Positions 1 through 9,751 of a stretch of 64,000 nucleotides of DNA are shown here, piece by piece. Positions within the stretch are counted from its first letter, which is position 1. Each line of letters starts with the position of its first letter. Origin of the DNA: Wickerhamiella versatilis (taxonomy: Eukaryota); contig JAQOWU010000007.1 of the NCBI GenBank assembly GCA_030867685.1, positions 2,232,001 through 2,296,000 on the forward strand, given 5' to 3'. Made by a program: the position numbers and the translations under genes. The notes beneath the pieces were generated by a model. The model was not told the origin of the DNA and ran no database searches. It saw only the letters and a program-made list of their open reading frames with translations.

Positions 1-2
1 GT

Positions 3-797
3 CTTATTATAGCAGGTGGAATTGGTATCACAGGAGTATTAGGTTATGTTGAGAAAATGGCGCACTCCAGTAGGTACGGCGAAATACCTAAGCGTGTTAC
101 TCTCGTATGGACAATCAGAAAAATGAACGACATAGATCCAGTAGTCTGGAGACTATCCAAGCTTAAGCAAATGCCTGGTGTTGAGATTTGCATCTACTGC
201 AGATCTCCAAGGGAGCATGTTTGGTATACTGACCCCTTAAACCAGATCACAGGTGGATATAATGATCTGGAGTCACAAAATCCATCGAAGTTTTCTCATC
301 ATATACCTGAATCGAACAACTATTCTCCCACCAGAAGAACTTCTGAAGATAGTACTGAGGTTAATCCATTTCATGACAGAAACATTAGTGAAATATATGT
401 GTCGCAGCGCGAGATCCAGCAGAGGTTCCAGGAACCCCATTTTATACAGTCAGGACTCGCAGACCGTATGGTCGATCGCAACGGCAGCAGCGTGACCCTG
501 CCAGAGCCTTTGGAGTTCACACAACTCGAAAAAGTGTTTGGGGGGTCATCTGAGACACCTAATTACATCCAACGTCTAGAAGCCGCCAAAAGTGAAATTT
601 ACCCAATAGCCCGGGCAGGACGCGCCGACATACATTCATTGGTAAAGGACCATATCTACCACGCAGAAGGATCAATTGGAGTAATAGGATGCGGCCCAGA
701 CAAGATGATGGATGCTTTAAATCAAGCGGTCTGCGCATACCTTGACGGTGCAGAACATGGGCGTGTTGACTACTATGAGGAAGCTTACACTTGGTAA
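3..797 (+). CDS. Ferric/cupric reductase (FRE/NOX family), C-terminal NAD(P)H-binding domain; 5'-partial, runs off the window edge
   Basis: The frame is open from base 3 (LIIAGGIGITGV, the GGIGIT nucleotide-binding motif), followed by VTLVW, GRADI, VIGCGP..MMD and a C-terminal YYEEAYTW, all typical of fungal FRE proteins. Confidence 0.85.
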   Translation, partial: LIIAGGIGITGVLGYVEKMAHSSRYGEIPKRVTLVWTIRKMNDIDPVVWRLSKLKQMPGVEICIYCRSPREHVWYTDPLNQITGGYNDLESQNPSKFSHHIPESNNYSPTRRTSEDSTEVNPFHDRNISEIYVSQREIQQRFQEPHFIQSGLADRMVDRNGSSVTLPEPLEFTQLEKVFGGSSETPNYIQRLEAAKSEIYPIARAGRADIHSLVKDHIYHAEGSIGVIGCGPDKMMDALNQAVCAYLDGAEHGRVDYYEEAYTW

Positions 798-1272
798 GAA
801 CCCTAACACTTCAACCGCCAGTTTTATAAAGCCACTTTTTGTTTTTATTTTCTTTGGTAGCTTTTATGATACGAACCCTTGAGCATTTTTGATACTTTCC
901 TTAGCTAGAGCCCATTCTTACGTATTGTTTTAGAGTCATAAATAGTCTGGAATGACTTGAATGTGCTCTATTTATAAGAATCTGAAAGTGGCAGAAACCT
1001 AAACAGCGCATCACCTGTAGTCACGACTATCTTCAAGAATTTATGTGTCTTAATTTTTTTTCACCAGTAACACCCATATTTCTATTACTATAAATGCATT
1101 TCTTAATTTCGTATGGCGAAATTCACCAATTAGAAGACCACAGAAATCTTTGTATTCTTGAACTTTCGGTGATCCAATACTTGGTTTATCCAGAGTCGCC
1201 AAGGATAATAAAAGCACACTATTTGTGATTAACAATTGTGCAACTGTATGCTCTGGAAGTGAATAATCGATG

Positions 1273-3012
1273 CTATATAACTATCTTTGACCACCAACTT
1301 TTGATAGTATATATAATACTCTTTAACCATGGCAATAATAGGATCATAGTTAAAACAGTTGCAGCAGGGGCCGCAACTTTCCAGTAGTGGTGTACATCTG
1401 TTTGAATTTCGGTGAATTCCTGAAAATTCATACCGTAATAACCAGTCAAAAAAGTCAATGGCATGAAGATTGTAGCAACCACAGAAAGCATGCTCAAACT
1501 ATCATTTGCTGAGGTAGATATCGTGTTAAAAATTAGTCCCGAAAGGGCCTTTGCTTGCTGGGACATCGTCTCAATTCTGTCAACATATCGCTCTGTATGG
1601 TTGACGACATCGCGATAGTACATGTTTGCAGCTGTAGAAGCCGTGCATGTAGTTTGGGAACCAATAGATGATAAAAGGGACATCATCGACGAAGCAAACG
1701 ACCTCAGCGCTCCTAAGTCCGTAACTAGGTTATGGAGAACATATGTTTGATGAAGAGTAGGCCTGTTCAGAGAGTCTTGCTGCAAGCTACTAAGACGGTG
1801 TTGGTAATTCGTGGAAATTGGATCAAGCATATCAACCGCAGCATCTAAAATTGCCTGTACTAGCACATTGGGATCATTGGATTCACGAAGCATAGACTTT
1901 GGCGACCTTAACTTCTGACTCAAAGGCTCTAGAATCTCATTTGCACCATACTCAAAAAAAGTTAAAACCGAGTTATCCTTTGTCAAGAACATCGAGACCT
2001 GCTCAACCTCAACATAATGTGAAGCCTTTTTTGTCCTCTTCTGCGCCAATTTTCCCTGCCATGAGTGTATTGTTCTGTGTGGGATTTGTGAAAGCAACTG
2101 AGAAACTGATGTGGATTCTGCATTTTCTATGCTATCTGTATTCAGTGTTGATGTCAATGTTGATGATGAATATGCCGTTGTCGAAGAATACGGCACCGAG
2201 TGACTTGATGTTTCTGGGCTATCCCACTTTTTTCTCATGCTGGACTCTTCAGGCATGAAATTCTTGTCAGTATTGCTGTGATCTGGTACTTTCTCACGAT
2301 TAAAGCTTCTTATCAATTTCAAGAGACGCAAAAGCACTCTCTGCACGGCATTGGGTTGTATTCTCGACCTCACCAGGCGATAGAGGTTGAAGCAGCAAAA
2401 TATCTGCTCCTTAAAAACTTCAACCTTTGCTCTTTGAGGTATATCTAGCGTGGCTTCAACTGCTAGCGGATGCAAATCGTAGAAAGTAGCAAGTGGGCCT
2501 ATGGCCTCCCATGATAATCCATTTACTATTATCCATCTCACGCCATCGTCTAGCTTTTGTTCGCCATCCAGAATATCATAAAGTCGCGTGCTCACGGTTT
2601 CACCGGGTCCACAAATGCAACAAGGACCCACTGGTTGTACCTGAGCTCTGAGTTCGAAACTTTGAGATTCCATGTGGTCCCTGCTATAATCGACTATTGT
2701 TACAATGGATCCCACAGAATCAGGTAATTCTACTACGGTGTTTTGTATATCAATTCCAGGCTCTTCCCCAACAACATCTTCCAGGTCACTTGCGTCTAGT
2801 TGTGTGGTAAATCGGCGTCGACTAACGTGTGTTTGGCTAGTTCGTGAAGACATCATGGACAGTCTCGAGTGCTGCCTAGCATGACCTAGTTTCTGTGGTG
2901 CCGGAACACCTGGGTCAGTGTTCTGGCTCTCCTCCTCAGAAAGTGGGTCGTCATGGTCATGTAAATATTTGTCGTGGATCCCAGGATCAATGGAAACGGT
3001 AAACTGGCTCAT
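1273..3012 (-). CDS. CorA-family Mg2+/divalent cation transporter
   Basis: LHPLAVE motif; two C-terminal TM helices with the signature FMPLTFLTGYYGMNF (GMN). Confidence 0.9.
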   Translation of the reverse strand: MSQFTVSIDPGIHDKYLHDHDDPLSEEESQNTDPGVPAPQKLGHARQHSRLSMMSSRTSQTHVSRRRFTTQLDASDLEDVVGEEPGIDIQNTVVELPDSVGSIVTIVDYSRDHMESQSFELRAQVQPVGPCCICGPGETVSTRLYDILDGEQKLDDGVRWIIVNGLSWEAIGPLATFYDLHPLAVEATLDIPQRAKVEVFKEQIFCCFNLYRLVRSRIQPNAVQRVLLRLLKLIRSFNREKVPDHSNTDKNFMPEESSMRKKWDSPETSSHSVPYSSTTAYSSSTLTSTLNTDSIENAESTSVSQLLSQIPHRTIHSWQGKLAQKRTKKASHYVEVEQVSMFLTKDNSVLTFFEYGANEILEPLSQKLRSPKSMLRESNDPNVLVQAILDAAVDMLDPISTNYQHRLSSLQQDSLNRPTLHQTYVLHNLVTDLGALRSFASSMMSLLSSIGSQTTCTASTAANMYYRDVVNHTERYVDRIETMSQQAKALSGLIFNTISTSANDSLSMLSVVATIFMPLTFLTGYYGMNFQEFTEIQTDVHHYWKVAAPAATVLTMILLLPWLKSIIYTIKSWWSKIVI

Positions 3013-3419
3013 CTGGGAATCCTTAGAAAAGAATGTGTGACCTAGTTGTGAATTGGGTCCAAATAATAGCCTTTGACCCAGAAATATTAAACTTTAATTC
3101 AACTAAGTTTAAAGGTTACTTGACCTTAAGACCGATCGACCGATCGGCTGTCTACCGATTGAAAACTATATTGTGGTTAAATTTTGGAAGCTAGTAGCTG
3201 ATCCTTCGTATATCCCGAGATCTATATGGACTTGAGATTTCTAGCGACTGGTTGGATAATGCGAAATTTCTCACAGATAAAAAGATACTTTTACCACTTG
3301 ATTCCGGCTTTCTGATTAGTTTCAAGTATCAAGAACTTTTTGTAGAGTATTTATATTTTCCAATTTCCCCCTCCTACCCATTATACATTATACCCGTCCT
3401 AAACACGCTCTGATTTGTC

Positions 3420-4892
3420 ATGATACCTTGGGGAGTGCTTGCAAGTATATTCTCGGTAGCCTTTTGGCTAGATTTCCTAAGAGAACGAGATTCTGAACGA
3501 GAAGGTAATACGGAGAGTTTGTTTCTCAGTCATGTGTTCCACAGAAGTACTGACCCATCGCTTTATCTTGGTCAGTTCTCGTTGAACACCGTTCATACGT
3601 TGACCCAATCTTATGCCCCATTGAAGTATACAACCAAAAACCTGCCTAGGCAATCAAGTGAATTGGGTGCATGGAAGCTCAGTGAACACCTAGTTCCTGA
3701 TGTTACGGACAAGGATACTGTTATAACGCTTGCCCTACTAGCAGCGAATGCGTATGTCCCTACTCCGCATGAAGGCGATTGGACAAATGTTAGCAAGAGT
3801 GGATGGAACCATAATGGTAATGGCTTCGGCTGGGACTCTGATGGCGTGAGGGGATATGTGTTTTCTTCTAAAGATAAGAAGCAGGTTGTAATTTCTCTGA
3901 AAGGTACCAGTACTGCTATAATGGATGACGGTGGACCTACGGCTCCCAACGACCAAATCAATGATAATCTATTCTTTAGTTGCTGTTGTGCTCGGGTCTC
4001 TCGCTTGTGGACCACGGTTTGTGATTGCTACCTAGGTTCGAATCAAAAATGTGATGAACAATGCCTCGAGCGCGAACTATGGCGTGAGGATAGATATTAT
4101 TCTGCTATTCTTGATATATACAGGAACACCACTGCTCTATTTCCTCATGCAAATATTTGGTTGACAGGCCACTCTTTGGGAGGCGCTTTGTCCAGCTTGT
4201 TAGGCAGGACGTTCGGGCTTCCTGCCGTAACGTTTGAGGCGCCTGGAGAGGAATTGGCAGTGAAAAGACTTCATCTCCCTGTAGCCCCTGGGCTGGCACC
4301 TTGGGAGGATCACATTTGGCATTTTGGCCACAATGCAGACCCCCTATTTTTGGGAACTTGTAATGGGGCAGGGTCGACCTGTGCTATGCGAAACTATGCG
4401 ATGGAGACTAAATGTCATTCAGGTATGGTGTGCGTTTACGACGCCAAAGGCGATATGGGCTGGCGTGAAAGCATCGTGAATCACCGCATCCATGTAGTGA
4501 TTGATGACTTGATGACCCAGTATGAAAAGCCTGCTGTTTGCGAATTTCCTGAGCCTTGTGAAGATTGTTCTGACTGGGAGTTCATAGACCCTATAGCAGT
4601 ACCCACTGAAACGGACACGTTGACTATCACTGCCACGCGTACTAAAACCAAACATAAGTCAACGGAGACCATCACTGAGACCTCCACCGAGACTGCAACC
4701 AGCTCGTGTGTTAAAAGAGCCTGGTGGGGCGCGTGCCAAACATGGACAACCCTTCCACCAGCATCCACAAGCAGCACAACCTCAACCACTGTCGCATCAT
4801 CGTGTGCTCGCAGGAATCTTTGGCAGCAGTGTGAAGAATGGGTTACTTTCACCAGCACCCTCAAAGGTTTACCCCTTGTTACACCTACTTAA
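3420..4892 (+). CDS. ATG15: Autophagy lipase Atg15
   Basis: N-terminal hydrophobic anchor, NDNLFFSCCCARVS, lipase motif LTGHSLGG, Cys-rich region and Thr-rich tail. Confidence 0.93.
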   Translation: MIPWGVLASIFSVAFWLDFLRERDSEREGNTESLFLSHVFHRSTDPSLYLGQFSLNTVHTLTQSYAPLKYTTKNLPRQSSELGAWKLSEHLVPDVTDKDTVITLALLAANAYVPTPHEGDWTNVSKSGWNHNGNGFGWDSDGVRGYVFSSKDKKQVVISLKGTSTAIMDDGGPTAPNDQINDNLFFSCCCARVSRLWTTVCDCYLGSNQKCDEQCLERELWREDRYYSAILDIYRNTTALFPHANIWLTGHSLGGALSSLLGRTFGLPAVTFEAPGEELAVKRLHLPVAPGLAPWEDHIWHFGHNADPLFLGTCNGAGSTCAMRNYAMETKCHSGMVCVYDAKGDMGWRESIVNHRIHVVIDDLMTQYEKPAVCEFPEPCEDCSDWEFIDPIAVPTETDTLTITATRTKTKHKSTETITETSTETATSSCVKRAWWGACQTWTTLPPASTSSTTSTTVASSCARRNLWQQCEEWVTFTSTLKGLPLVTPT

Positions 4893-5241
4893 TATTTATT
4901 TACCGCACCTTTGAGAGTAGACCAGTTGTTCAGTCTGTGCCCCGCCAGAAAATCTCAAGATAATAAAAATAAAAAAACCAATTTCTTTTTTAATTACGAT
5001 TTAGATTCGCTCATGTGCTGTTGTTTGTCGTCGCAAATATGACAAATAAGTAGACTTATTGGGGACAGATGAAAGGAAAGACTACGAAATATAACGAGAT
5101 AAAGAAAACGTTGAACCCACGAATTCTCTCTAGAAGTAGATAGAAATTTGAAAATACTTTGTAACCGACTTCAATTTCGGTTAAACAAAGTGGGCTCCGC
5201 TGGCTCATCACATCTTGGCTCTTTACTAATTTGACGTCTAG

Positions 5242-6102
5242 ATGGCAGATGGGGTACTTGTTATTGATAGCAATGTGGTTCTAACGAGCCTGGTATTAGT
5301 GAAGGATCTAGCTATGAACGCAAACGAAAATAACTGTGAGGTTATAATCCCACAAGCCGTTATAAGTGAGCTTGATGGAATGAAATCTAGTAGCCCTAGT
5401 GCGCGCGCATTTGCTCGGTGGCTGCAAACTGAATTAGAAGTTGAAGCTCCTGGAATTAGGCTACAGCGCTTGAATGAAATAACTGGTACTGGCGCACATG
5501 GTGATGATGGAATCTTGGATTGTTGCCTATATTTCAAAAAGATATCGAAGGTCGTCGTACTTGTGAGTGATGATCGCTTGCTTGCATCACGGGCTATGGC
5601 AGAAAACATACTGACTGCATCATTATTTAGTGGACTGACTGCTGCTCTTATTTATCGGGAAATGTCTCTGAGACTAAACCCTCAGTCACCAGCAGAGATG
5701 GACGTGTGGTCTGAAGATATAGATATGTATGATGATCCTCTGCAAGCGCAGACAGCAAGAACAGAACTTCCTGGGGCTGAGGAGCTAAAAATACCTAATG
5801 TTGTCTCTTTGAATGGGGATGAATCACCTAAAAACAACTTGTTTGAAACTGCTGTCCAGCTTTGTGACAGGCGGATTCGACAGGTTTACGACCCCTCAGA
5901 GCTAGATTATTTGGAGTATCAGCTGCCGAAGAAGCCAAGGGACCTACGACGACTCGTAAAAAAATTTGGCTTGGCATGCTTATCTGAATACTTGCCGCGA
6001 CAGTTGCAGAAAGAAATTGACCAATGGCCTTCTAATCTAAAGGATGAGAATGATATACTGAGTGCGATAATTATCCATCTCGGAGGGGAGGTACCTCAAT
6101 GA
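5242..6102 (+). CDS. PIN-domain RNA endonuclease, Swt1-like
   Basis: VIDSN, ELDGMK, DDGILDCCLYF and VLVSDD..L match the Swt1-type PIN acidic motifs. Confidence 0.7.
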   Translation: MADGVLVIDSNVVLTSLVLVKDLAMNANENNCEVIIPQAVISELDGMKSSSPSARAFARWLQTELEVEAPGIRLQRLNEITGTGAHGDDGILDCCLYFKKISKVVVLVSDDRLLASRAMAENILTASLFSGLTAALIYREMSLRLNPQSPAEMDVWSEDIDMYDDPLQAQTARTELPGAEELKIPNVVSLNGDESPKNNLFETAVQLCDRRIRQVYDPSELDYLEYQLPKKPRDLRRLVKKFGLACLSEYLPRQLQKEIDQWPSNLKDENDILSAIIIHLGGEVPQ

Positions 6103-6122
6103 TTTCACCATATGAGTAAATT

Positions 6123-6129
6123 TTTCGCG
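6123..6129 (-). promoter_or_regulatory. SCB-like cell-cycle element (CGCGAAA) upstream of CHL1
   Basis: TTTCGCG about 155 bp upstream of the CHL1 ATG. Confidence 0.3.
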
Positions 6130-6283
6130 CTCATGAACTGCAATTGGTGTATCGATCGGCAATAACTCAGGTATATCCAATAAATTATTCGCACCCTGTT
6201 TACTATTTGCATCTGAACTTACTAAATTTTTTTTTCGTTGTTATTCTGTTGTTCAAAGAAATTTAATAGGTACCTACTCAGGT

Positions 6284-8617
6284 ATGACGAAGCATCCTAA
6301 GATGGCTATGGAGGGCCGCAGGGATTATTGCCATCCTTATGAACCCTATGAGGTCCAAAAAGATTTTATGGATGCCCTCTATCGTGTGCTATGTTCAAAA
6401 AAAGTTGGTATATTTGAATCACCCACAGGAACGGGCAAAACGTTGTCACTTATATGCCCGTCAGTGACATGGCTTCGTGAACGCGAGGAGCGTACTCTGC
6501 TTTATGATATAAAAGAAATAGAAAAAGGCAAAGGACCCCAGTGGATTAAGGAGAATGCTAAAATCCTTCGGTATAATCAACACAAGCTTAAAGGCAAGAC
6601 AACAAAACAAATTATAGCTGACGCCCAAGCAGCAGCTAAGGAGCAGGAAGTAAAGAAAACGGAGAAATTTAAGCCCCATGCTAAGAAGTTCAAGCCCAAT
6701 GAACCTTCCTATGTCATTGAAGACACTGTTGAAGAAAGCTTTTTAGATAACACTTCTCTAGAGGAATTGGAAGGTCTTGAAACGCCTTCGAAAATCTTTT
6801 TCGCGAGCCGTACGCATTCGCAGCTCAGCCAGCTGTCTGATGCCCTCAAAAAACTCAATATTCCTGTTTCTTGGTCGGACGATACGGCCCCTGTGCGGTA
6901 TGTTCCCCTGGGTAGCCGTCGGCAATTGTGCATCAACCCACAGGTTTCAAAGCTACAAAACGTTCAAGCAATCAATGATCGTTGTGCTGAGCTTGGTAAA
7001 AAGTGCGAATTTCGTTCTGATGACAGTAGGATAGCTGCTGTAAGAAATATGGCTTTGGCAGACATAGAGGATATTGGTGAACTTGCCGCGAGTGGTAGAA
7101 AGCTTGGTGGCTGTTCATTTTATGGCTCTCGAGCTGCTTTGGCCTATGCTGAGGTAGTGAGCCTTCCCTATCAATTGCTGATACAATCTGAAACTCGTCG
7201 GGCGTTGGGTATTAATTTGGAAGATTCAGTGGTGATAATTGATGAAGCTCATAATCTTATGGATACAATTTCTAGCTCTTACTCTGAGAAATGCTCATGC
7301 GCAGATGCCCAACAGGCATTGAAAGGCTTAAAAGCGTATGCTAAACGGGTTGGGGCACGGCTTTCTTCCAATAACCGAACGAAAGTATTCCAGACGACTA
7401 AACTTATAGAAAGCTTATTGATTTTTTTTGAGAAGAATTCCTCGGAAGAACTTACTATCGGAAAGGAAGTGCAACGGCAGGACCTTTTTGCCTATGGCAA
7501 TGTGGATACGCTGAATATCCAAGAGCTTTCCAACTTTATTCATGAATCGAAGCTGGTATTCAAAGTGGATTCGTACTTGAAGTCTGAAGAGCCACAAGCT
7601 AGTCTTTCAGGTCAGGTTCTTGGAAAGGTACTACAATTTTTACAAGCAGCTACGGATCCTTTGGCTGAGGGTAAGCTTTTCTGGGATAAATCAGATAAAA
7701 AGGGGGAGTGGTCACTAAGCTACCTATTATTGGATACTGAGAACAGCTTTAGAGACATAGTAGATGAGGCCCGCTGTGTGATCTTGGCTGGGGGTACCAT
7801 GGAGCCTATAAAGGAATTTCTCAATAACCTCTTTCCCTATTTAAACCGTGACGAAATTGAAATTTTTACCTGCGGCCACATAATACCACGAGAGAACTTG
7901 CTTGTACAGCCAGTGACGGACAAGAACCTACAGTTAACATTTTCAGAACGTAGTAGACCAGGAACTCTGGACACCCTCTCTCATTACCTGCTGAAAATTG
8001 CTGAGGTGGTTCCAGCTGGGCTTGTCTTATTTTTTCCTGGGTACGATTATCTGAATAAAGTCGTTGCGTATCTTAGGAATTCTGGGAAGTATAACCAGCT
8101 CCTGAAGTGCAAGAAAGTATTCGTAGAAAATCCTCAAGAGACCACTATACTTGAAAAGTTCACTAAGGAAGCCAGGAATGGAGCCTGCCTTTTCGCGGTG
8201 GTAGGTGGGAGGCTGAGTGAAGGTATTAATTTCAGCGATGACCTTGCTCGAGGAGTCGTGATGGTGGGACTTCCATTTCCTAATGCATTTTCGGCAGAAT
8301 TAGCCGCTAAAAGACAACATGTAGAAACAAAAGCATTGAAAAGAGGCCTTTCTATCTCACAAGCACGTGAAGCTGCACGTGAATATTATGAGAGCTTGGC
8401 TATGCGAGCTGTAAACCAAAGTGTCGGTCGCGCGATCCGCCATGCACAAGATTATGCGGCAATTTATCTTTTGGATTCAAGGTATGCAAACGAAAGAGTT
8501 AAGAGTAAATTATCGCGTTGGGTTCGCGATTGCCTTCCACAGGAAGAAAAAGGAGAAGGAGAGGAAACGAGCCTACTGAATCGATCACTCGCCTTTTTCG
8601 CTAAGACTCGTGACTAG
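6284..8617 (+). CDS. CHL1: Fe-S DNA helicase Chl1/DDX11
   Basis: HPYEPY..Q, GIFESPTGTGKTLSL, SRTHSQLSQ, Fe-S cysteines, DEAH, GGRLSEGINFSD, NQSVGRAIRH. Confidence 0.95.
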   Translation: MTKHPKMAMEGRRDYCHPYEPYEVQKDFMDALYRVLCSKKVGIFESPTGTGKTLSLICPSVTWLREREERTLLYDIKEIEKGKGPQWIKENAKILRYNQHKLKGKTTKQIIADAQAAAKEQEVKKTEKFKPHAKKFKPNEPSYVIEDTVEESFLDNTSLEELEGLETPSKIFFASRTHSQLSQLSDALKKLNIPVSWSDDTAPVRYVPLGSRRQLCINPQVSKLQNVQAINDRCAELGKKCEFRSDDSRIAAVRNMALADIEDIGELAASGRKLGGCSFYGSRAALAYAEVVSLPYQLLIQSETRRALGINLEDSVVIIDEAHNLMDTISSSYSEKCSCADAQQALKGLKAYAKRVGARLSSNNRTKVFQTTKLIESLLIFFEKNSSEELTIGKEVQRQDLFAYGNVDTLNIQELSNFIHESKLVFKVDSYLKSEEPQASLSGQVLGKVLQFLQAATDPLAEGKLFWDKSDKKGEWSLSYLLLDTENSFRDIVDEARCVILAGGTMEPIKEFLNNLFPYLNRDEIEIFTCGHIIPRENLLVQPVTDKNLQLTFSERSRPGTLDTLSHYLLKIAEVVPAGLVLFFPGYDYLNKVVAYLRNSGKYNQLLKCKKVFVENPQETTILEKFTKEARNGACLFAVVGGRLSEGINFSDDLARGVVMVGLPFPNAFSAELAAKRQHVETKALKRGLSISQAREAAREYYESLAMRAVNQSVGRAIRHAQDYAAIYLLDSRYANERVKSKLSRWVRDCLPQEEKGEGEETSLLNRSLAFFAKTRD

Positions 8618-9355
8618 TTGACGTAGTGCCTCACCTTCCGCAGAGGTGGCCTGACCTGCAGCGGCCCACCTCACTTTGCATTTTGCATCCACAACGTACA
8701 AGTAACCACCAAAAGTATTGGTTGCCCACAGAGCAGCCCGGTCCTCCTTAGGAATAGAACCAATTAGATAGTTTACCCGAGGGGATAATGTCTTCAGTAT
8801 TTTTCCTGCAAAGAGTCGAACTAGGAGGCCATTAAACCAGCTTGTGGGTGCGTTTACGTCTACAATGGGGAAGTTCTCAGGAATGTACTCAAGATAGGAC
8901 TGAAGTTGCTTGAACGAGGCATCTGACGAGAATATTCGCACCACAGTAGCTCTGCCTGGTGGTAATTCTTTAATTAGTTCAGTATCCCCTCCGGTACGTA
9001 AAGATCTTGCACTGAAATTTGGCATATATAACGCCTTTTGGGAGGGCCATACAGCTGGTGGAGATGTGAACATTTTGCCACCTGTATCCCGAAACTCGTA
9101 GATCGGTTGAAAGCGGGATTCCGAAAGTTCACTCTTAAGTTCTTCCCGACGTAGCCTATTTTTTTTAGGGTCGAGAAGATCCCGCTTGCGTTCCGCAAAC
9201 GTTGGCGTGTTAGGAATCCCATTTAACAACGTCGGTTTGTTCTTAAGGCCAATCGGAGCTAAAAGCTTCTTAATCGCAGCCGGATTTTCCGCCTTGAAAG
9301 CAAAGTGACGGCAGAACAATCTGGGCATGAGCTGGTGACTTTTGCTCATGACCAA
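8585..9355 (-). CDS. ATP10: Mitochondrial ATPase assembly factor Atp10
   Basis: Mitochondrial-type N-terminus, L..PIG, GKMF.SP, ALYMPNF, GYLYVVD..KVRWAAAG. Confidence 0.88.
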   Translation of the reverse strand: MVMSKSHQLMPRLFCRHFAFKAENPAAIKKLLAPIGLKNKPTLLNGIPNTPTFAERKRDLLDPKKNRLRREELKSELSESRFQPIYEFRDTGGKMFTSPPAVWPSQKALYMPNFSARSLRTGGDTELIKELPPGRATVVRIFSSDASFKQLQSYLEYIPENFPIVDVNAPTSWFNGLLVRLFAGKILKTLSPRVNYLIGSIPKEDRAALWATNTFGGYLYVVDAKCKVRWAAAGQATSAEGEALRQLVTSLSEKGE

Positions 9356-9751
9356 CTATATAGCTGGGTCGCTGGCTGGAAAATTTGTCAGATCAAAAAG
9401 ACGGAGACAGCCACGACGTCTCGGCGTGCCCTGCCGTTGCGTTGCCAGCGCTTATCAGCGTCAGTCCCCCAGAAAAAAACTCCCGACTAATAGGAAGTCC
9501 GCTTGCCCTTATGGCTTGGGGACGTCGAAGGAAGGAAACATTCGAAAACAAAAAAAAATTCTATTTGGGCTTTTAGAGATAAGTCTTCTATCTTAGCGCA
9601 CTACTTAGATGTGTCAGTAGAGCACGTGTATATTTATACTGTTTCTTCGTTTAGGACTGGGTACAAATCACCCGTGGATTGTGACGAACAGAGAGGCGCG
9701 TCGTGATTACCGGTGGGTCCTGAATTATTATTCATCGACAGTCGCGTATGG

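Noticed and set aside
9490-9503. GGAAGTCCG, resembling RNase P/MRP CR-I
   Set aside because: No matching CR-V (P4 partner) found downstream
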